From: an uncultured Rhodobacterales bacterium
GTDB lineage: Bacteria > Pseudomonadota > Alphaproteobacteria > Rhodobacterales > Rhodobacteraceae
Direction: 5' to 3'
DNA: 47,995 nucleotides
Assembly (NCBI GenBank): GCA_964566835.1
Contig: CAZMKY010000064.1
Location: 1 to 47,995, forward strand
The position numbers were made by a program, and so were the translations under genes. Below, one piece after another: positions 9,960 through 22,127 of the stretch (its first letter is position 1; each line of letters starts with the position of its first letter). Below the pieces are notes generated by a model that worked only from the letters and a program-made list of their open reading frames with translations, ran no database searches and was not told the DNA's origin.

Positions 9960-9989
9960 GTGGACAGGTTCCATCCTTGACCTGTCCAC
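9960..9989. other. perfect 10-bp inverted repeat (hairpin or protein-binding dyad)
   Basis: GTGGACAGGT-N10-ACCTGTCCAC lies in an unusually AT-rich spacer. A T9 run sits at 9999..10007 and an A8 run at 9922..9929. It is downstream of the 10017..11633 gene and upstream of the Crp-like gene. Confidence 0.5.
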
Positions 9990-10016
9990 ATTGTCGCATT
10001 TTTTTTTAGAGGTGCC

Positions 10017-11633
10017 CTAGTGGCGGTTCACCCATTCCCACACGTGAGAAATGGAAACGCTGCCCTCACCCACGGCCGAGGCCACGCGCTTGACCGATCC
10101 GGCACGAACGTCGCCTACGGCGAAGATGCCCGGGCAGGAGGTGGCATATCCTGACGCCGCATCCGCCGCTTCGCCGGTTTTCACGAAGCCCTTGTCGTCC
10201 AGCGCCACCAAGCCCGACAACCAATCGGTGTTTGGCGCGGCGCCCACCATGATGAAGACACCACAGGTGTCGAGCTTCCGGGCTTCCCCAGCGGCCTTGT
10301 CCATGATGCTGACGGCCTCCAACTTGTCGGCGCCATGCAGTTCCGCGATCTCGCTTTCATAGTGGATCGTGATGCCCGGATCCGCTTCCAGTCGCGACAG
10401 CAGATAGTCCGACATGGAAGATGCCAAGGACGGGCCGCGCACCAGCAAGTGCACATGCCCCGCCGTCCGGCAGAGGAACATCGCGGCCTGGCCAGCCGAA
10501 TTGCCGCCTCCAACGATGACAACATCCGTGTTTCGGCAGTACCGCGCCTCGACATCCGTGGCCGCGTAATAGACGCCCGCGCCTTCAAGCTCTTCCAAGC
10601 GGTCCAAGGGCAAGCGGCGATACTGGACGCCCGTGGCCACGATGATGGCCTTGGCGCAGACCTCTGCCCCGTTGTCGAGCGTGACGCAGAAAGACCCATC
10701 ATCCTGCTTCAGGACCGACGTCGCCCGGCGGGGCACGGCAAAGCGCGCGCCGAATTTCATCGCCTGCACTTCCCCACGCCAGCAGAGATCGGCGCCCGAG
10801 ATCCCCGTCGGGAACCCCATGTAGTTCTCGATCCGGCTGGACGTGCCCGCCTGACCGCCAATGGCCAGGTCTTCGATGACCAAAGACGAAAGCCCCTCCG
10901 CCCCTGCATAGACCGCGGCGGCCACGCCGGCGGGGCCACCACCCACGATCAGTACATCCACGACCTCGTCATCGCAGGCATCGATATCCATACCCAAAAG
11001 CTTGGCGATCTTTTCAGGCGTCGGGTCCTCGACGGGTTCCTTGCCGAAAATGACAGCTGGGCGATCCATCGGGATCTTGCAGACCTTCGCTTCTTCCTCG
11101 GCCTCGTCAGTTTGCATGTCGAGAGACCGCACCGGGATGCGGTTTCTGCCAGCAAAGGCGGCAATGCGGCGAAGACCCCGGTCGGCATCCGCGCCAATCA
11201 GGGTCAGCGCGGCCTCGTTCGATTCCAGAAGCCGGCGACGGCGCGCCGCCAGTACGGTGACGATGATATCCGACATCTCGGGGATCTGGGACATCAGCTC
11301 CAGCAGATCTGTCCGTGCGACACACAGGATCTTCGACGGCTGAACGACGCGCGCGCCCATCATCGACCGTCCACCGGACAGCAGCGTGATCTCGCCAAAA
11401 AATTGGGTCGGGCCCAGCGTTGCTTCGCCATAGCGTTGGCCCGTGGCCGGGTCGACGGCTTCAACTTCGCCGTCCTCAACGTAGAAAAACATCTCGATCG
11501 GATCGCCCAGCCGCGCAAGATAATCACCCGGCTGATACGTCTTCACCGTCCCAACTTTACGCAAGGCGTCCACATGGCTCGCCTCTAGTGGCGTGCGCAC
11601 CATGGTCGAAAGGTCGGCAGCAAGAGATTCCAT
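10017..11633 (-). CDS. cyclic-nucleotide-binding domain protein fused to a thioredoxin-reductase-like FAD/NAD(P)-dependent oxidoreductase
   Basis: 538 aa. The N-terminus has a cNMP cassette (FFGEITLLSGGRSMMGARV). The C-terminal half has VLIVGGGPAGVAAA, GGQAGTSSRIENYMGFP, VVIVGGGNSAGQAA and GIFAVGDV. GGGGGA lies upstream of the ATG. Confidence 0.85.
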   Translation of the reverse strand: MESLAADLSTMVRTPLEASHVDALRKVGTVKTYQPGDYLARLGDPIEMFFYVEDGEVEAVDPATGQRYGEATLGPTQFFGEITLLSGGRSMMGARVVQPSKILCVARTDLLELMSQIPEMSDIIVTVLAARRRRLLESNEAALTLIGADADRGLRRIAAFAGRNRIPVRSLDMQTDEAEEEAKVCKIPMDRPAVIFGKEPVEDPTPEKIAKLLGMDIDACDDEVVDVLIVGGGPAGVAAAVYAGAEGLSSLVIEDLAIGGQAGTSSRIENYMGFPTGISGADLCWRGEVQAMKFGARFAVPRRATSVLKQDDGSFCVTLDNGAEVCAKAIIVATGVQYRRLPLDRLEELEGAGVYYAATDVEARYCRNTDVVIVGGGNSAGQAAMFLCRTAGHVHLLVRGPSLASSMSDYLLSRLEADPGITIHYESEIAELHGADKLEAVSIMDKAAGEARKLDTCGVFIMVGAAPNTDWLSGLVALDDKGFVKTGEAADAASGYATSCPGIFAVGDVRAGSVKRVASAVGEGSVSISHVWEWVNRH

Positions 11634-11784
11634 TCAATCCCCCAGTTTTCTGACGAGAAATTTAGGATGAGCTTACGATTTTACGATCCCTTGACGCACT
11701 TTTTTTGCAAGCGGCTGTCAAAAATTACGATGGCTTTATGGGAGGTCGCGATGTTGGTGGCATAGCTTCAAACGGAGACCTCAG

Positions 11785-11997
11785 ATGATCACGCTTCAAA
11801 ACACCCGCACCGCCTACAAGCCCGCCCGCCGCATCTCGCTTCTGAACTGGATCGTGTCCTTCAATGCCGCATACCGGGAGCGTGCCCGCATGCAAAACCT
11901 GACCACCGACGAACTGGCAGACCTCGGGCTCAGCGCTGAAGACGTCCGGAACACGACGATTGCAGACATCATCGCCCGCAGCGCACCGCGCCTCTGA
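11785..11997 (+). CDS. DUF1127 domain-containing small protein
   Basis: 70 aa with GGAGA 9 nt upstream of the ATG. The segment RERARMQNLTTDELADLGLSAEDV matches the DUF1127 pattern common in alphaproteobacteria. Confidence 0.7.
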   Translation: MITLQNTRTAYKPARRISLLNWIVSFNAAYRERARMQNLTTDELADLGLSAEDVRNTTIADIIARSAPRL

Positions 11998-11999
11998 TC

Positions 12000-13022
12000 T
12001 CAGGTCTCGTCCTGATCGGTTCCGAACAGCCCCGTCAGCGCACGTTTGATCGTGCCGCTGACCGAGGGGCGGGGCTGGGCCACAAAGGGCAAGGGACGAC
12101 AGACTTCCATGGCCGCGATGCCAACCCGCGCTGTCAGCGCACCGTTGACCAGACCTTCGCCGAACCGGCGTGAGATGCGCGACAAGATGTGACCGCCACC
12201 GACCGACCCGATCAGATCGTCGCCAACCGCCACGGCACCGGTCGCCACAAGATGTGTCAGAACAGCCCGCGTCAGACGCCACGTACCAAGCGATCCGCCG
12301 CGTCCGCCATAGATCTCGGCAATACGACGGATCATGCGCAAATTGGCTGTCAGTGCCGTCACGACATCGGCCAAGGCCAATGGCACCAAAGCCGTCACCG
12401 TCGCGACCTGCCGCGCAGCCGCTTCGACTTCGCGCCGGGCCCGCGCGTCCAATGGGGCCAGCAAGCTGTCTTCTGCCAACTCCAGAAGCGCATCCGCATC
12501 GAAGACCTCATCCTGTCGCTCCGTGACACGGTCCCGGCCCCAGCGCAGATCCTCGCGCCCGCGGTAGAGGCTCAAAAGCTTGCCCACGACGCCTGCAGCC
12601 TGATCCCGATCTCCACCAGCCCGCGCAGCGTCTGCGGCTTCGTGAATGCCCTCGATCCGCGCCAGTCGGCTCAGCGCGGCCCACTCCCGGATGATGATGG
12701 CAAAGGTGACCAGCAAGAACAGCGCCAGAAGCCCCAGAGCAATTCCACCCAGAATGGTGTTCCGCGCGACGAGGCCGGTGACAAAGTCCCAGGCCGCGAC
12801 ACCCGCAAAGAAGACAACGACGCTCAGCAGCAACTGCCAGAACCAGCGCGCCAGCCGGTTGGGCGGCCGCGCGGCCAGCGCTGCCATGGTCTGCATGGCC
12901 TGCCCTGTCGGCATCGCTTCGTCATCCGTGACGGGTGGCGCATCGCCGGGGCTGTCTTCCAGATCTTCGAGTTCGATCAGAACAGGCCCATCGCGGCGCA
13001 GCTTTCCCATGTCTTCGGTCAT
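12000..13022 (-). CDS. ycjF: YcjF family membrane protein (UPF0283/DUF697)
   Basis: 340 aa with central TM helices and a conserved C-terminal region (MIRRIAEIYGGRGG...LVNGALTARVG). Its start overlaps the ycjX stop as ATGA. Confidence 0.8.
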   Translation of the reverse strand: MTEDMGKLRRDGPVLIELEDLEDSPGDAPPVTDDEAMPTGQAMQTMAALAARPPNRLARWFWQLLLSVVVFFAGVAAWDFVTGLVARNTILGGIALGLLALFLLVTFAIIIREWAALSRLARIEGIHEAADAARAGGDRDQAAGVVGKLLSLYRGREDLRWGRDRVTERQDEVFDADALLELAEDSLLAPLDARARREVEAAARQVATVTALVPLALADVVTALTANLRMIRRIAEIYGGRGGSLGTWRLTRAVLTHLVATGAVAVGDDLIGSVGGGHILSRISRRFGEGLVNGALTARVGIAAMEVCRPLPFVAQPRPSVSGTIKRALTGLFGTDQDET

Positions 13023-14467
13023 CTCAACCGATCTCCCAGCAAGAATTCCGCAGCGCGGTCCAGACGAATATGCGGCGGGCCTTCGCCAGGCCTGCGCTCC
13101 AGCGCGCGGGGGGCAAAATTCATCACCTCGTAGTCCGCCCCGAGCCAGTCCTCGGCCCCGTCGCGTGCCGGGTTCAAAAGCAGGTTCGGATCCTCAGGCA
13201 GACGCCCGGGATAGAAGGCCGCGGTCTGACCGGTCTTCAGAAGGCGCCCTTTGACAACATCCAGCTTGCGACCATCCCGGTCCACACTGGCCTCGGTCGT
13301 GGCACGCAGCGCGGCAATGGACATGGCGCGCGTCTCGGCGCCTGCAAAATCGGCCCGCGCCTTTGCGTCTTTCAGAAGCGCCTCAGTGATCGCTGTCAAA
13401 GCGCCATGCTGGCCTTGGTGCAGGTGATCGGCCTTTGTGGCCGCGAACAGGATTTTTTCCACCCGCTTGCCCAGAAACAGCTGCTGCAGGAATGCATTTC
13501 GCCCCGGCCTGAATGCACCAAGAATGTCAGACATCGCAACGCGCAGGTCTTCGACCGCCTTCGGACCGGCATGGATGGCACCCAGAACGTCGACAAGCAC
13601 CACCTGCCTGTCGATCCGCGCAAAATGGTCCCGGAAGAAGGGGCGCACGACCTCTCGCTTATAGGCCTCGTAACGTCGTTCGAATTCCCGGGCGAGCGAT
13701 CCGCGCGGCGCGGTCCCTTCGGGCAGCGGTGCGAAGGTCAGAACAGGGGATCCGGCAAGATCGCCCGGCAACAGGAAGCGTCCGGGCGTGCAGTCCGAAA
13801 ACCCGGCTTCACGCGCGGCGACCAAGTAGCCGGTAAAGGCTTCGGCCACACGCTTGGCTTCGACCTCGTCCAGCTTGGCCGTTGCATCCAGCGTTTGCAG
13901 CGCATCGCGGAAGGCACCAGCCTCGGACCGGCCCTCTGCGCGTAGAAGCGTCTCGCGCGACCACGTGGCAAAGTCCTTGTCCATCAGACCAAGGTCCAAA
14001 AGCCATTCGCCGGGATAGTCGACGATATCCAGATGCAACGTCTTCGGCCCACGGACGCCCGCCAGAAGGCCACCGGGCTGCAGACGAAAGCTCAACCGCA
14101 ATTCGCTGATCCCGCGCGTGCCGTCCGGCCATATCGGATCGCTGCCCGTCATTGCGGCAAGGTGACTTTCATAGGCAAAGCGGGGCACCGTGTCGTCCGG
14201 CTGTGGCTGGAGATAAGCCGTCCTGATCCGCCCATCCGCCGCGGCCCGAAGCCCCGGCATACGCCCACGGTCGATCAGGTTGGCCACGAGCGAAGTGATG
14301 AACACCGTCTTGCCCGCACGGCTAAGCCCGGTCACGCCCAAGCGGACGACCGGTTCAAGGAAGGCTTCCGAGACGGTGTTGACCGTCCCCTCTACACCGC
14401 GCGTCAAACCATCGGCAATCGCACCAATAACCAAGGTGATACCCCTTCCTTCTTCGCGCAGAAACAT
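13019..14467 (-). CDS. ycjX: YcjX-like P-loop NTPase
   Basis: P-loop motif LGVTGLSRAGKTVFITSL. I chose the internal ATG (MFLREEG..) because the longer ORF to 14548 would overlap the truA start. This gives 482 aa, close to E. coli YcjX. Confidence 0.85.
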   Translation of the reverse strand: MFLREEGRGITLVIGAIADGLTRGVEGTVNTVSEAFLEPVVRLGVTGLSRAGKTVFITSLVANLIDRGRMPGLRAAADGRIRTAYLQPQPDDTVPRFAYESHLAAMTGSDPIWPDGTRGISELRLSFRLQPGGLLAGVRGPKTLHLDIVDYPGEWLLDLGLMDKDFATWSRETLLRAEGRSEAGAFRDALQTLDATAKLDEVEAKRVAEAFTGYLVAAREAGFSDCTPGRFLLPGDLAGSPVLTFAPLPEGTAPRGSLAREFERRYEAYKREVVRPFFRDHFARIDRQVVLVDVLGAIHAGPKAVEDLRVAMSDILGAFRPGRNAFLQQLFLGKRVEKILFAATKADHLHQGQHGALTAITEALLKDAKARADFAGAETRAMSIAALRATTEASVDRDGRKLDVVKGRLLKTGQTAAFYPGRLPEDPNLLLNPARDGAEDWLGADYEVMNFAPRALERRPGEGPPHIRLDRAAEFLLGDRLR

Positions 14468-14541
14468 AGGCACCTTGACCTTGTCTTGCCAGTCGGGTCC
14501 GGCAATTGCGGTTTTTTGCGTCGCGCTGTAGGCCACATCCC

Positions 14542-15297
14542 ATGCCACGCTATGCGTTCAAGATAGAATATGACGGGCAGCCCTTTTCGGGCTGGCAACG
14601 CCAGGACACGCACCCAAGCGTTCAAGGCGCCATCGAGGCTGCGCTGGCCAAGCTGGAACCGGATCTGCCCGCCATCGCCGCGGCGGGCCGGACCGACGCA
14701 GGTGTGCACGGACTGGGGCAAGTCGCCCATGTCGACATGGCGAAGGACTGGGATCCGTTCCGCCTGTCCGAGGCCGTCAATCACCACCTGAAGCCCGCGC
14801 CCGTGGCAATCGTGGCCGCCGCTGCGGTGTCAGATGACTTCCACGCGCGCTTTTCGGCACTGTCGCGTCGCTATCTTTTCCGGATCATCCAGCGCCGCGC
14901 GCCACTGGTCCACGACCGCGGACAGGTCTGGCGGCTCAATCACCGGCTGGACGTGGACGCCATGCGGGAAGCGGCGGCACACCTGATCGGGAAACATGAT
15001 TTCACGACCTTCCGGTCCACCATGTGTCAGGCCAAAAGTCCGCTGAAGACATTGGACCGGCTGGACATCACCGCCCATGGCGATGAGATCCACTTCGACG
15101 TGAAGGCCCGCAGCTTTCTGCACAATCAGGTCCGGTCCTTCGTTGGGACGCTGGAACGTGTAGGCGCAGGCGCTTGGAGCCCCGATCGCGTCAAATCCGC
15201 CCTAGAGGCGCGAAATCGGGCGGAATGCGGGCCGGTTTCCCCGCCAGATGGCCTTTATCTGACGGAAGTGGGGTACGATCCCGACCCCTTTGACTGA
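14542..15297 (+). CDS. truA: tRNA pseudouridine(38-40) synthase
   Basis: [21 protein letters not shown]... with [10 protein letters not shown] (catalytic Asp). The internal ATG of ORF 14506.. was chosen. Confidence 0.93.
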   Translation: MPRYAFKIEYDGQPFSGWQRQDTHPSVQGAIEAALAKLEPDLPAIAAAGRTDAGVHGLGQVAHVDMAKDWDPFRLSEAVNHHLKPAPVAIVAAAAVSDDFHARFSALSRRYLFRIIQRRAPLVHDRGQVWRLNHRLDVDAMREAAAHLIGKHDFTTFRSTMCQAKSPLKTLDRLDITAHGDEIHFDVKARSFLHNQVRSFVGTLERVGAGAWSPDRVKSALEARNRAECGPVSPPDGLYLTEVGYDPDPFD

Positions 15298-15416
15298 GGC
15301 CGCCACAGGTGTGCCGGACACGCCCTGAAATCACTCTGAAATCACCTTGCAGCTGTCGCTCTCGCGTCGATTTGGCCTGTCTTTATGTCAATATCGACAC
15401 GAAACGGAGCCATCCA

Positions 15417-15563
15417 ATGCCAGAGCTTGTTGCCCCATCCTTTGACGCCTTTGCCTGTGCTTTCCTGACTTGCGTCGCGCTGCGCGAAGTCATGATTGCA
15501 ACGCTGCCCGATCAGATCGCCGGTCCCGGTGGCTGGCTGGTCAACACGGACCGCAAAGACTGA
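15417..15563 (+). CDS. hypothetical small protein (48 aa)
   Basis: ATG preceded by GGAG. No recognisable domain and only moderate third-position GC. Its stop abuts the convergent DUF4198 stop (TGATCA). Confidence 0.25.
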   Translation: MPELVAPSFDAFACAFLTCVALREVMIATLPDQIAGPGGWLVNTDRKD

Positions 15564-16379
15564 TCATTCCGCCGCGGGCACCTCGAACGTCAGGTTCGCC
15601 CAAAGGCTCTCCCAAACGGCCAGAGTGATCTCTTCCATCTCCGGCGCGACCTCTCGCAAGACAACGGCATCGAGCATATAGCGATGCCCCGGACGCACAG
15701 GCACTGTGGCCACGCCGTCCATATCCGTCCGGATCAGGGTGACGACCACCGCGTTATCCGGCGCTTTCTCAAAAATCTCGATCTGCGCATCGCTCCGCGG
15801 CTGACCCTCGTACAATAGCCGCACATCGACACCATCTGACACATCCCCGGTATAGGGGTTCTCCAGCGCCACGATTTCCGTCAAGAGACCCATGTCCCGG
15901 TCCTGACCTTCGCCATTGCCCACCGCGATCAGGGACTTTGCATAGCGCGAATACATCTCTTTGAAGCCCGTTTCGGGCAAACCCATCTCGCGGTGTGCCG
16001 CGATGACCTCTGTCGCGTCCTTGTGTTCCACGAAATCCACGAACTTCTGGAACTCGTTATAGGTCAGCTCATAGTCGCGCGTCTCGTGCACCACGACGAC
16101 CAACCCTTCGCCGGGCGCAGCCATGTTCAGCGCCGGGCGGTCGCCCACGCGGCCGGCGACATCCGACAGATCACCTTCGAAAGCAATCTCAAAGCGGTCA
16201 AAATTGTCGGGGATATAGCTGTAGGACGACCCTTCGTATTCCTGCCCGACACGCAGGTTCGCCAACATCGTATCGCCGGGCGCAAGCATATGATTTTCGG
16301 GATCTATCCAAAACTCGTGGCTCTCCGCCGGGACTGTGCTAGATGCAACTGCAGCAAGAATGAGAAAGGGTCTCAGCAT
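15564..16379 (-). CDS. DUF4198 domain periplasmic protein (NikM-like metal-uptake associated)
   Basis: From the internal ATG, MLRPFLILAAVASSTVPAESHEFWIDP... looks like a signal peptide followed by an HEFW start typical of DUF4198. The longer ORF to 16598 is an artefact of a stop-free upstream region. Confidence 0.7.
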   Translation of the reverse strand: MLRPFLILAAVASSTVPAESHEFWIDPENHMLAPGDTMLANLRVGQEYEGSSYSYIPDNFDRFEIAFEGDLSDVAGRVGDRPALNMAAPGEGLVVVVHETRDYELTYNEFQKFVDFVEHKDATEVIAAHREMGLPETGFKEMYSRYAKSLIAVGNGEGQDRDMGLLTEIVALENPYTGDVSDGVDVRLLYEGQPRSDAQIEIFEKAPDNAVVVTLIRTDMDGVATVPVRPGHRYMLDAVVLREVAPEMEEITLAVWESLWANLTFEVPAAE

Positions 16380-17835
16380 GTCATCGGTCCGTTTGCGTAG
16401 TGTGCTTCTGAGGGTGTGGTTTTGCCTCTTGATGTCAAGCATGGCGCTCTTTGCGGTCACGCAGTCGTCATCAGCGCATGAAGTGCAGCCAGCGGTGGCG
16501 GATCTGGCGATCTCTGAAGACCAGATTGAAATCATTCTTGACTGGAACATCGAAGCCCCGGTTGCCGGGCTGGACCTTGAAGGGCTGGCCGACACCAACC
16601 TGTCCGAACGGGCCGAAGTCTACGACGCCTTGCGCGCCCTGCCGCCGGAAGAAATGGCCGAGGCGTTCCGCGAAGCCTGGCCCGGCATCGTCGGCAACCT
16701 GACCCTGAAGGCTGGCGACGCCGACATCGCGCCAGAACTGCAGGGCGTGCGCGTCGATGAGATCGGAAACCTCGAACTTGCGCGGATTTCCGAGGTCACG
16801 ATCAGTGCCCCATTGCCAGCAGACGGCAGCGCAGTCGTCTTTGGCTGGGACCCAAGCCTTGGGCCCCTCATCATCCGCCAAACCGGGGTTGAGGGCGGCT
16901 ATAGCGCGTTCCTGTCCACTGGCGGCACATCAGACCCGATCCCGCGTGAAGGCGCCACCAACCAAAGCGCATGGGAAGCCTTCATTGAATATATCGGCGT
17001 CGGCTTCGACCACATCGTCCCTATGGGCCTTGACCACATCTTGTTCGTCTTGGGCCTGTTCTTCCTGTCGCTCCGCATGGGGTCGCTTCTTTGGCAGATC
17101 AGCGCCTTTACCTTGGCCCATACGGTGACACTGGCGCTTGGAGCTTTGGACATCATCCGCCTGCCCGCTGACATCGTGGAGCCGCTGATCGCGGCCTCTA
17201 TCGTCTACGTTGGTATCGAGAACGTTCTGGCCCGGGGGCTGATGCCGTGGCGACCCGTGGTCGTCTTCCTGTTCGGTCTTCTGCATGGTCTGGGCTTTGC
17301 CAGCGTTCTGGCCGATTTCGGTCTGGGTGCGGATCACTTCGTGCCAAAGCTGATCGGCTTCAATGTCGGGGTCGAAGTTGGCCAACTGGCCGTCATCTTC
17401 GCGGCCTGGCTGGCCTTGGGGGCCATCTTCGCACGCTATACATGGTACTTCGCGCGGATCGCGGCGCCGGTCTCCATCGGGATTTCGGTCATCGCGCTCT
17501 TCTGGGTGTTTGAACGCACCGGCGTGATCGACCCCGAGGGTGTTTTCGCGCCCTTCACGCTTCTGACCGAAGGCGGCCTGCCCGTGCTTGCGACGGCCAT
17601 TGTCGCAGTGGGCATCGTGGCCGTTCTGACGGCGATTGAAATGGCGACGATTTCGGACCGCATCCGCGATGTGGCGGGCTTTGTGACGTCATTCGTCCTG
17701 TTCATGGCCGTCGTCGCAACCTTCACCTCGGGCGCTTATGTCTGGACTGTTGGACTGACGCTGGTCTGGATCCTCGCCCTGCGTCTTCAGTCGCTAGGTG
17801 GCCCAGAGGACGAGCAGGTCAAGCGATCGCTCTGA
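16378..17835 (+). CDS. HupE/UreJ-like membrane protein with large N-terminal periplasmic domain
   Basis: MSSVRLRSVLLRVWFCLLMSSMALFAVTQSSSA-HE looks like a signal peptide. About 200 aa of soluble domain follow, then TM helices with GLDHILFVLGLFF and LLHGLGFA motifs (HupE_UreJ_2-like). Confidence 0.75.
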   Translation: MSSVRLRSVLLRVWFCLLMSSMALFAVTQSSSAHEVQPAVADLAISEDQIEIILDWNIEAPVAGLDLEGLADTNLSERAEVYDALRALPPEEMAEAFREAWPGIVGNLTLKAGDADIAPELQGVRVDEIGNLELARISEVTISAPLPADGSAVVFGWDPSLGPLIIRQTGVEGGYSAFLSTGGTSDPIPREGATNQSAWEAFIEYIGVGFDHIVPMGLDHILFVLGLFFLSLRMGSLLWQISAFTLAHTVTLALGALDIIRLPADIVEPLIAASIVYVGIENVLARGLMPWRPVVVFLFGLLHGLGFASVLADFGLGADHFVPKLIGFNVGVEVGQLAVIFAAWLALGAIFARYTWYFARIAAPVSIGISVIALFWVFERTGVIDPEGVFAPFTLLTEGGLPVLATAIVAVGIVAVLTAIEMATISDRIRDVAGFVTSFVLFMAVVATFTSGAYVWTVGLTLVWILALRLQSLGGPEDEQVKRSL

Positions 17836-17860
17836 CCCTTCAGGACTTGGCAATACAATC

Positions 17861-17888
17861 AGCCCGCCCCAATCGGGGCGGGCTTTTT
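17861..17888 (+). terminator. intrinsic terminator after the HupE-like gene
   Basis: AGCCCGCCCC-aatc-GGGGCGGGCT is a perfect 10-bp stem followed by TTTT. Confidence 0.85.
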
Positions 17889-18074
17889 GGTGCCGCGCGC
17901 TTTGGCAAGGCAATCGAAAGCCGAACGCCAGATGGTTGCAAACGAAGCTTCATCCCGGTCGCTGGTCTTTCAAGCCAGTGGCTGACAACAGGTCTCTCGA
18001 AGGGGTGGCACCCTTCTGTCCGAGACAGCGCTGAGGACGATCCGAGACCGCAGGGATGCGGGCCCGTGTTCACC

Positions 18075-18112
18075 CATCAAGCAAGAAACAAGCTGCCCGG
18101 ACCAAAGGGCAG
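18075..18112 (-). terminator. probable intrinsic terminator of the glycogen operon
   Basis: On the minus strand, CTGCCC-tttggtcc-GGGCAG is followed by the T-rich tail cttgtttcttgctt. It starts 15 nt after the stop of the GH13-like gene. Confidence 0.55.
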
Positions 18113-18126
18113 GTGCAGTTCGAACG

Positions 18127-22127
<4,001 letters not shown>

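Noticed and set aside
9868-10016. Search for canonical FNR/CRP boxes (TTGAT-N4-ATCAA or TGTGA-N6-TCACA) near the Crp-family gene and in 11634..11784
   Set aside because: Only a lone TGTGA half-site was found, next to the start codon at about 9869..9874. There is no full dyad, so I make no claim of a classical box.
10335-11588. 417-aa + ORF. Similar long antisense ORFs occur at 12189..13133, 12935..13945, 18511..19482, 24731..25618, 25753..26982, 27252..28856, 29419..30663, 30679..31836, 32282..33439, 33510..34910 and 44833..46020
   Set aside because: Each lies opposite a gene with clear family motifs and has an Arg/Pro/Gly-biased composition with no recognisable domain.
11995-12002. Convergent stop codons almost touching (DUF1127/ycjF 2 nt apart; small ORF/DUF4198 forming TGATCA at 15561..15566)
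   Set aside because: This is tight packing without room for terminators, which is common in compact genomes. It is not evidence of a special element by itself.
17976-17982. GCCACTG (minus strand), reminiscent of a cobalamin-riboswitch B12-box core in the 17889..18092 spacer
   Set aside because: The other conserved B12-riboswitch blocks are not recognisable around it. No gene lies downstream on that strand to be regulated, because the spacer sits between convergent terminators.
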